A stretch of DNA of 64,000 nucleotides from a virus, in the IMG/VR virus record IMGVR_UViG_3300032220_000699, positions 96,001 through 160,000 of that record, one strand, 5' to 3'. Numbering within the stretch: position 1 is the first letter of the stretch; every line of letters begins with the position of its first letter. Below the pieces are notes generated by a model. The model saw only the letters and a program-made list of their open reading frames with translations. It was not told where the DNA came from and made no database searches. Below, piece after piece: positions 56,982-64,000 of this stretch. The position numbers and the translations under genes were made by a program.

Positions 56982-58510
56982 AAAAAAAGGTTCATTACGT
57001 CCAGAGGAATGACACTGGTCATATGCTCAGCAACGTTCTCATCATTCTGAGGAAATCCACAGTTAGGACACTTATAGTCAGGAATACCTACCAGACCAAT
57101 CGTCGTACTAGACTTGAACTCAAGAATCTTATTTGTGATAGATGTACGAAGTGTATCGTCAGCCGAGAAGACTTCCAGCACTTCATTAATCGTAGGACGA
57201 TCTGTGATAATGTTTTCATCAATTTCGATGTAATCGATGAAGTGACTAAATTGACGCAGAATCGAAGAACGAACATATTGATCAAGAAGTTGAGTCTTAG
57301 CTTCAGCCTCGTCACCTTCTTCAACAATAAATGAATCAATAGCAGAATTGATCTTGTTAACCCATGTCAGACCGTCTGCAGTATATTCAGCAAATGTCGG
57401 AATACGAAGTTTAAACTTGATCGATTCATTAACCTTAAATTCTGTACTGGACACACGAACATGTTCAGCAATAAACTTACGATAATGTTCGGCTGTAAGT
57501 GTATTAGGACGATTCTCAGTCATGATAAGCTTTTGTGCTTCGGTCAGACTGTTATTGTCAACCCACAACAGCTTACACATGTTAAGAACAGCCTTAACAG
57601 CGTGAGTACATTGTTCAACGTTGTTTACACAAGCCCGCTGATAATCAAACCCGTTAGGATAGATAGTTGCAGCAAATCCCCATGCGAGAATAGGGAAATC
57701 ATGTATAAGTACATATTTGTCCAGGTCATTTTTAGTAATGTCCTTATTGTTTGTATTGTGCACATGTTTCATGATGAAGTCAAACAACTTCATATTAACA
57801 TATACAGAGAAGTTGGTCAGTGTCAAACCAAGGGTAGAACGACCAATTGCAATCTTCTCTTTAAAGATTCCATTGTAGAAATCGATAAGATCTTTTTCAG
57901 CAGGCGGTTTAATGGTTACCCAAATACCTGAATGCGGAAGAGGAACAGAAAGAACATCACCAAGACCAAGTGCTTTGGAAACTTTAAGAACAGCCATAGC
58001 ACCCTTAAGTTCACCATCAGCTTGTTTCATTTTAAGCGAACTAATAGTTTTCAATTCGCCTTCTTTGGTTTCTACACCTTGATCAAAACGAGAATTTTCA
58101 TCGAAGAAACGATCTTGATAAATACCACCAGGAGTCTGGTAATCAATACCTTCTTCATTAATCTTTCGCCATTCTTTAAGATCAGGACGATTACCATCAA
58201 GTTCAAGATGCTTAAATTCCTGGATCTTTTTATTAAAGTTTAATACTCCCAAAGATGGAAGAGAAAATCTCCAGACAAATTTGGTTGGATCATAGTTATC
58301 ACTACTCCAGTCAGAAGTAAGTTTTGCGTTAGGCTTCTTGACTGTTTGTTGTGGAACAGGCTCTTGCACTTGAGGTTGTTGATCTACGACAGTATCTGGT
58401 TCAGCTGTAACTGTCGTAGATTGTTCTACAGGCGAAGCTTCAGGTTCAATATTAAAGGTCGGTTCATCTTCACCGGGATTAGCCGGCAAAGCGTCAATTG
58501 GTTCAGACAT
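56933..58510 (-). CDS. probable tail assembly chaperone / T4 gp26-like hub protein (G-like part)
   Basis: 525 aa; C-terminal CPNCG...NLFF; start moved to ATG 58510. Confidence 0.6.
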   Translation of the reverse strand: MSEPIDALPANPGEDEPTFNIEPEASPVEQSTTVTAEPDTVVDQQPQVQEPVPQQTVKKPNAKLTSDWSSDNYDPTKFVWRFSLPSLGVLNFNKKIQEFKHLELDGNRPDLKEWRKINEEGIDYQTPGGIYQDRFFDENSRFDQGVETKEGELKTISSLKMKQADGELKGAMAVLKVSKALGLGDVLSVPLPHSGIWVTIKPPAEKDLIDFYNGIFKEKIAIGRSTLGLTLTNFSVYVNMKLFDFIMKHVHNTNNKDITKNDLDKYVLIHDFPILAWGFAATIYPNGFDYQRACVNNVEQCTHAVKAVLNMCKLLWVDNNSLTEAQKLIMTENRPNTLTAEHYRKFIAEHVRVSSTEFKVNESIKFKLRIPTFAEYTADGLTWVNKINSAIDSFIVEEGDEAEAKTQLLDQYVRSSILRQFSHFIDYIEIDENIITDRPTINEVLEVFSADDTLRTSITNKILEFKSSTTIGLVGIPDYKCPNCGFPQNDENVAEHMTSVIPLDVMNLFFTLITLRISKIMEREV

Positions 58511-59078
58511 TTTCATCACCTTTCTGTTCTGCACCAGCTGGAGGTGTTGCAGATTCAACCACATTTACAGGAATGATTTCAGTGACAGTCATCATCAAAT
58601 CACCCAGTGTCGGAGTGATAAGTGTAGCCAATTCAGAGAACAACGATTGGTATTGAATAGCGATACGATTATAGTTATTGAAATCAGTCATCGTTTCAAT
58701 ACGACCTGACAAATGTTCATGAAGAACACGAATGTCTTTAACCTTGAAACTAAAGTTATTGATATCGCTAAAGAACAATTCAACAACTTTATTAAAATGA
58801 TCTGCCTTATCACCCAAGTTTTGGATAATCGCAGGGTTAGTGATAACTTCTTGAACTTGTGCAATAAATTGTACAATCTGACTACCGAGATCTTCTTTTA
58901 GCTTATTCAGATCTTCCCAAGAATATTCAGATGTTTTCAAGAATTCTTCGTCATGAGAAGTATCTATGCTGAAGCCAGTTTGAATAGCATGGTCAATTTC
59001 TCTAACAATTTGTTTCTTTTCTAATTTATCAGCGTTCATTTTAGATACCCATGAAAAGTAGTGTGGTGAAATAATCAT
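58503..59078 (-). CDS. hypothetical helical protein
   Basis: Up to 191 aa; start may be 59039. Confidence 0.6.
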   Translation of the reverse strand: MIISPHYFSWVSKMNADKLEKKQIVREIDHAIQTGFSIDTSHDEEFLKTSEYSWEDLNKLKEDLGSQIVQFIAQVQEVITNPAIIQNLGDKADHFNKVVELFFSDINNFSFKVKDIRVLHEHLSGRIETMTDFNNYNRIAIQYQSLFSELATLITPTLGDLMMTVTEIIPVNVVESATPPAGAEQKGDENV

Positions 59079-59136
59079 ATAATACGAACATATAGTAAAA
59101 AAACAAAAAAGACTGGAGGGTAAACCTCCAGTCCTC

Positions 59137-59964
59137 TTATAACGATGGGTTGATCATGCTTTGCAATAGACGATTGTATCTTGTCGTGTCGTTCATAAAT
59201 AGAACAGCACCTAAACGTTCCCGAAGGAAAGTATTGTAATCAGCTTCTGCCTCTGAATAGCTTTCCAGAATGCTTTTGAACATACCTAGATCCTGACCAG
59301 ATGCAAGATAACCACTGTTGACAGGGATGATAAGCTTATTGTAGATGTAAGCCTTAGCAGCTAATACACAAGCCATACTAACATCTTTATAACTTCTTGG
59401 TTGAATATTATTTAAGTTGCTATCATTCTCTAACAGAACTCTTAGACCAAAGTTTGTAAGAACACGGAAGTTAGCATAAACAAGAATAGTATTGTAACCA
59501 ACAATTTCTAAATGTGCGTTACTGAGAACACCTGATGGTGAAGCAGCGCTACCGATACGGTTAGCTACATTCATAACAGGATTCTCTTGCATGTAACCAA
59601 TATTACCAAAACTATTACCAGATAACCCACCTTGACCAAATACACCAGCACCAGGCATTAGCGTAATATTCAAAGCAGAGATGATCTCTTTGTTCATTGT
59701 CAATTCAGGAGGAACCTGATAGACCGTATAAAAGTATTCATAGAAGCTAGGTTGAATATTATTTAACGGGATAATTAATTCAATACCACCCGTGATATTC
59801 ATATCGATCAAAACTCTCTTACGAAGAAGCTTGCGTAAGATTTTATCATCAACGGTATTCAGATTAACTGTCTCAGGTGCATCATCAATTGTAAATGCAG
59901 CATGCAATAGTTCTTGAGGAATCTGGTGTGTAATCTCGTTGATAGAGTAAATTAAAGCATTCAT
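59137..59964 (-). CDS. conserved phiKZ-like virion structural protein
   Basis: MNALIYSINEITHQIPQELL; LAAKAYIYN; start moved to ATG 59964. Confidence 0.6.
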   Translation of the reverse strand: MNALIYSINEITHQIPQELLHAAFTIDDAPETVNLNTVDDKILRKLLRKRVLIDMNITGGIELIIPLNNIQPSFYEYFYTVYQVPPELTMNKEIISALNITLMPGAGVFGQGGLSGNSFGNIGYMQENPVMNVANRIGSAASPSGVLSNAHLEIVGYNTILVYANFRVLTNFGLRVLLENDSNLNNIQPRSYKDVSMACVLAAKAYIYNKLIIPVNSGYLASGQDLGMFKSILESYSEAEADYNTFLRERLGAVLFMNDTTRYNRLLQSMINPSL

Positions 59965-60032
59965 CTCTATGTCCTTAATGTTATTAATCAAAAAATGATC
60001 CAGTAGCGAAAGCTACTGGATCATCTTATAAG

Positions 60033-60818
60033 TTATTGCTGTGCAGCTTCAGCTTCAACAGGCTGTTCAACAACAGATTCTGCCGGAGCAACTTCTTCAG
60101 CGACTTGAGTTTCTACAACAGGCTCAGCTTCAGAAGCCGGAAGTTCGTAGTCTTCTTCGTCGTCCGGATGTTCTGCATTACGCATACGTTCCAGAACTTC
60201 AGGAGACATAACCTTTTCCAGAACACCTTCCAGATAAACCATACCGGCCTTATCCTTGGTATCAACGAAGACAGAGAAGTCAGGTTCCTTACCTTCCTTA
60301 ACAGCCTTGATGATCAGCTCAGCGATGTCAATGATCAGAGCAGCATAGCTGGTAGCAATGCGCAGACCACTAGACTTCACAATGTGGTAAGAGATGAGAG
60401 TCTTATTCTCATCAAGAGCCTTAATTTCACGGATGATATCCGGATAAGACTTGATCTTGTTCCACGTCGCTTGACCAATGATGGCCTTGAAGTTCGGAAC
60501 GAACTTGTTGAAGATGCCGTTGGAGTCAGCATAAACCTTCAGGTTACGACCGGTCAGACGACGGATGGTGTCATCCAACGTTGACGAACGGACCCAATAC
60601 CACAGACTCAGGACAGAGTTGAACTTGCCGATGTGCTTGTAGTTGATAACCTTCAGGTAAGCAGGATCAAAGATCTTGCCAAGACGAGTTTCCGACTGAA
60701 TGCTGATATTGATGTGGTCTTCACCTTCCTTACCGAACTTATTCGGATTATTAAAAGGAGCGGTAGCGCGAAACTTCTTACGAAGATCCTTAAAATCCAT
60801 TTTCTTTTGTTGAGCCAT
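60033..60818 (-). CDS. conserved phiKZ-like hypothetical protein with an acidic tail
   Basis: 261 aa; DHINISIQSETRLGK; biased codons. Confidence 0.65.
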   Translation of the reverse strand: MAQQKKMDFKDLRKKFRATAPFNNPNKFGKEGEDHINISIQSETRLGKIFDPAYLKVINYKHIGKFNSVLSLWYWVRSSTLDDTIRRLTGRNLKVYADSNGIFNKFVPNFKAIIGQATWNKIKSYPDIIREIKALDENKTLISYHIVKSSGLRIATSYAALIIDIAELIIKAVKEGKEPDFSVFVDTKDKAGMVYLEGVLEKVMSPEVLERMRNAEHPDDEEDYELPASEAEPVVETQVAEEVAPAESVVEQPVEAEAAQQ

Positions 60819-60829
60819 TTTAAATTACC

Positions 60830-61306
60830 TCATGCTTGTTTAAAAAACAATTTGTTAACGATCGCAAAAATATACAAAGCCAGCAAGAATTTATTGTTTT
60901 CTAGGAATGATTGTAAGTCCTCCATGGAGTTAAACAAAAAGTCATCGATTGCTTCACGGTTAATAATCAAGTTCTGTTTTGTGACAGTGCGATTAACCGA
61001 TATCAATGACAGTATGTGTGATGTAAAAGCTTCGGTATCATTATATGTTACTAAGCTATAAATTTTTACTATGTCCAGATAAGAGAAACACTCTATCAAG
61101 AGTTCATTGCGATAACCAATTTCTTCAGCGACACCTTTTAAAGATTGTGCAAGAAGAAGGGTTGTGCTAGTTAACCCTTTCTCTTTAAGAAATCCAGCCA
61201 TTGCTGGAAAGTTATCATTTTGCTGCTCAAGCAAAATAAGAATGTTGTTGTCATCCATATTTATCTCACTTCTTCTTGGAGAGCCAATACGGAACATACT
61301 TATCAT
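60830..61306 (-). CDS. hypothetical protein
   Basis: Start probably near 61258 (MDDNN). Confidence 0.55.
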   Translation of the reverse strand: MISMFRIGSPRRSEINMDDNNILILLEQQNDNFPAMAGFLKEKGLTSTTLLLAQSLKGVAEEIGYRNELLIECFSYLDIVKIYSLVTYNDTEAFTSHILSLISVNRTVTKQNLIINREAIDDFLFNSMEDLQSFLENNKFLLALYIFAIVNKLFFKQA

Positions 61307-62720
61307 AGTACATTTCGATTAGATCCATGGTTGAAAGGAATGGGATAGGATGGTCGTATTGATTAAACGTCCAATAATCCCGTGTGTTAAGCAGAACCTT
61401 CCAGTCATACTCTTTGCCAAGTTTCTCGTAGAGAGCTTTGACATCAGGTACTTCAAAAGGAAGATCTTTGTAGTACGTCTTAATCTGGAGAAGATCAGCG
61501 GTGATCTTAACTGCCCGACGAAGCATTGGGTCAGTATCCAACAAATTACGAATTGTAGTACGTCCTACCTTAACATCAGGATATAGAATCATGTTATAAG
61601 TATCGCGGCTACCCTCAATACCAAAACGGTCATGATCTTTTACATAATTAAATTCAGTCAAAGACGCAAGAACACCTTCAGTCTGAGAAACAACCAAGTC
61701 AAAACTATAACCACTAGGACCCGACTTATTACGGATCAGCTTAATAGTAACCAAGTTAAGATCGAAACTACCTTCATCGACACGTTCACGAGTCTTAGGG
61801 TATTCCGGACCTTTAGTGGTTTGATTATTAAAGACAGACGAAGACATTGTCTGCCAAAGCAAATTAGACAGATAAAGAAACTTACCAGCTACACCCTTAA
61901 CAACTTCACCAGGCTTCATATGTGGAAGCTGTCGAACAGGTATAGAAGCCATAGGGCCATTACCCATCGGAATATCTTTACCGATATGAGCGGTCATAAT
62001 GATATAGTGCGAAGATGCATTACAAACTGGAGGAATCTCCATCAATAAACGCGTCTTAGCCAAACCACCACGCATATGAATTGTATTACCACCACTGTCT
62101 CCGATTTCATTCTTGTTCTGAATTTCTTCGGTATCGGCGGTTGTAAATTCTGACACACTGTCAAGATCACCAAAGGAAGGAAAAATTGCCATGATCGGCT
62201 TATTATCCTTATCCATAAAAGGTGTCTCAAGGGTATAGTTTTTTGCATTCTTAATCTTCTCATTTCGTAAGAAGTCTTTCAGAAGCTTAAACCACTCATT
62301 CCCAAGGTGATAAGTTTTATCTGTAATACTCCAAGCACCTTCTTTAACCAAGTCGATGTCTTTGAAGATTTCAAACTTACGAGAGAGATCAAGACAGTGT
62401 TCAACGTCAATGTTGATTTCAGTGTCGTAAGTATTGAGATAAGGAAGGAACCCAGATGCCGCTGCTTTGCTTGCAGCAGATAACATCATGTAACGAGCAA
62501 TCTTAGACTTATAGGTGTTGCCTTTACCCATCACAGCGGTGAAGACACTAAGTCCGCCATTCATAATGTTTTCACCGCGTTTGCCGCGAATATAACGACC
62601 AGTCGGAATATCTAATAAAGCACCGACATTATAAAAAACTTTACAAGGATCAACCTCTTCAAAGGCCGGCTTGTTCTTAAACATTACTTGCATTTTTATC
62701 TCCAAGTTTCTATCATCCAA
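61266..62720 (-). CDS. RecA/UvsX-like recombinase of the phiKZ type
   Basis: NVGALLDIPTG, Walker A variant GKGNTYKS, YDTE, DSVSEF, RNKSGPSG. Confidence 0.75.
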   Translation of the reverse strand: MDDRNLEIKMQVMFKNKPAFEEVDPCKVFYNVGALLDIPTGRYIRGKRGENIMNGGLSVFTAVMGKGNTYKSKIARYMMLSAASKAAASGFLPYLNTYDTEINIDVEHCLDLSRKFEIFKDIDLVKEGAWSITDKTYHLGNEWFKLLKDFLRNEKIKNAKNYTLETPFMDKDNKPIMAIFPSFGDLDSVSEFTTADTEEIQNKNEIGDSGGNTIHMRGGLAKTRLLMEIPPVCNASSHYIIMTAHIGKDIPMGNGPMASIPVRQLPHMKPGEVVKGVAGKFLYLSNLLWQTMSSSVFNNQTTKGPEYPKTRERVDEGSFDLNLVTIKLIRNKSGPSGYSFDLVVSQTEGVLASLTEFNYVKDHDRFGIEGSRDTYNMILYPDVKVGRTTIRNLLDTDPMLRRAVKITADLLQIKTYYKDLPFEVPDVKALYEKLGKEYDWKVLLNTRDYWTFNQYDHPIPFLSTMDLIEMYYDKYVPYWLSKKK

Positions 62721-62738
62721 TTAGGGATTTAGTATTTT

Positions 62739-63557
62739 TTAATGTCCATGGTGGTTTGTATTACCACCATCGTCAATAATACTACCTGTAGCATGAATAT
62801 TTCCAGTGACATCAAAATTACCTGTCATAGAAACATTGCCTTGAGTTTTTGTATTACCTGTAGTGTTAACATTACCTTTGATATTAACATTACCTTCCAG
62901 ATTAATTGTTGGTGCTTTAAGATTAATAACTTCGCCAGCTGTTCCTGAGATTTCTTTTAAAGCATTTACAACAAACTTATCTTTTTGACTATCTAGCATG
63001 AAGGTATTACCCTTCTTGTCTTTTAATGTAAATGTACCAGCTTTGGTATCTATTTCGATATCATATTCTGTATATTCACCGTCATTCATAGCGGTATGAA
63101 ATTTGACAGATTTTTTCTTTGTATCAACTTCTAACCAATAGCTAGTTGTTTTATCAAAAGCAGAAATACCGGACTTAATATTTCCGAAACCATAAAGAAC
63201 AGTTTCTTGTCTACGAAGTTCTACTTCACGGAAAATAGTTGTCCAGTAATATTCATCGACATCACCAAACTTAAATAATACAACAGTTTCATTAGCAACA
63301 ACGTCAGGCGCGGTAAGACGATTACTTTGTCCAAAGGCTAACCATTTAGCTTTGACATAGTTCGTTGATTTCATTTCACTAGCAAAATTCTTACCGCTTG
63401 AATTCTTTAAAGTACCTTCAAACTTTGTCGAAGCATCTTTAATAGAGCCAGCTGGTTGAATGTTAAGAACTTCCATGGGAGAAACCATGATCATATCTGA
63501 CCCAACTGGTTTATTCTCAACAACAATACCTAATGAGTATAACTTTAATTCACTCAT
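62739..63557 (-). CDS. baseplate central spike (gpV/gp5-like)
   Basis: OB-fold-like N-terminus, beta-helix repeats, C-terminal HHGH metal-binding tip. Confidence 0.8.
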   Translation of the reverse strand: MSELKLYSLGIVVENKPVGSDMIMVSPMEVLNIQPAGSIKDASTKFEGTLKNSSGKNFASEMKSTNYVKAKWLAFGQSNRLTAPDVVANETVVLFKFGDVDEYYWTTIFREVELRRQETVLYGFGNIKSGISAFDKTTSYWLEVDTKKKSVKFHTAMNDGEYTEYDIEIDTKAGTFTLKDKKGNTFMLDSQKDKFVVNALKEISGTAGEVINLKAPTINLEGNVNIKGNVNTTGNTKTQGNVSMTGNFDVTGNIHATGSIIDDGGNTNHHGH

Positions 63558-63949
63558 GTCGATTCCTCAAGATTAACTAAAAACTCAATAGTATTTACTA
63601 ATTCTTCTAAGTCATGTTTGAGTTTCATATTAATATCATTCTCTTGAATAATAGGAATGATACGTTTTAAACAGTAGTTAATGTCTTCTGTTGTCTTAAA
63701 GTAACCATAAATATTGACAGCAGCAATTTGTCTTTCATCAACTTTACTAACCAAGTTAAAAAGAAGATCTTCAAACGAAACATAATATACATTCATGATG
63801 AGCAGCTTATTATGCGGCTCATTAATAATATTTACAAGATTATCAGTAAACGCAAGTGTTTGTACTTTTTCAATAAGTTCCTGATTCTTTGAAGTGGTTT
63901 GTATCGGTTTTTTCTCCGAAGAGAAAAGTTTTTTAAATAATTCCAACAT
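63554..63949 (-). CDS. hypothetical protein
   Basis: 131 aa, ATGA-coupled to the spike gene. Confidence 0.6.
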   Translation of the reverse strand: MLELFKKLFSSEKKPIQTTSKNQELIEKVQTLAFTDNLVNIINEPHNKLLIMNVYYVSFEDLLFNLVSKVDERQIAAVNIYGYFKTTEDINYCLKRIIPIIQENDINMKLKHDLEELVNTIEFLVNLEEST

Positions 63950-64000
63950 ACTGTAGACTCCTATTGGCGTTTAACTACAATATGTCACAAGGAATATTTT

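Noticed and set aside
1159-62948. Most plus-strand and nested short ORFs in the track
   Set aside because: Shadows of longer minus-strand genes; only 43375-44577 and 44592-47468 are credible plus-strand genes
1-64000. Stop-codon reassignment
   Set aside because: Conserved genes (thyA, dcd, recA-like) are intact in the standard code, and TAA, TAG and TGA all end genes

Overview
AT-rich window of a large lytic phage genome. The gene content points to a phiKZ-related jumbo myovirus; no chimallin or RNA polymerase subunit gene is visible here, so this placement is inferred from protein families. Almost all genes are on the minus strand; only 43375-47468 (two probable baseplate genes) are on plus. 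1-27.7 kb is an accessory/early region of small genes preceded by a recurring ACATATATA motif and closed by intrinsic terminators. It holds a circularly permuted (two-piece) tmRNA gene, six tRNAs, two unexplained structured non-coding segments, two paralogous HNH endonuclease genes each lying between a 5' tRNA fragment and a complete tRNA, dCTP deaminase, hemerythrin, an AAA ATPase, a NUDIX hydrolase and a MazG-like fusion. 27.7-64 kb is mostly virion and replication genes: a phiKZ-type internal head paralog array, thyA, baseplate genes, a tail-fibre-like protein with two Kelch propellers inside a collar domain, a split family-B DNA polymerase subunit, a probable tail assembly chaperone pair joined by a -1 frameshift, a RecA/UvsX-like recombinase and a central spike. 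All assignments come from reading motifs by eye; no searches were run. Some starts were moved from the ORF track to downstream ATGs with better RBS or no overlap.
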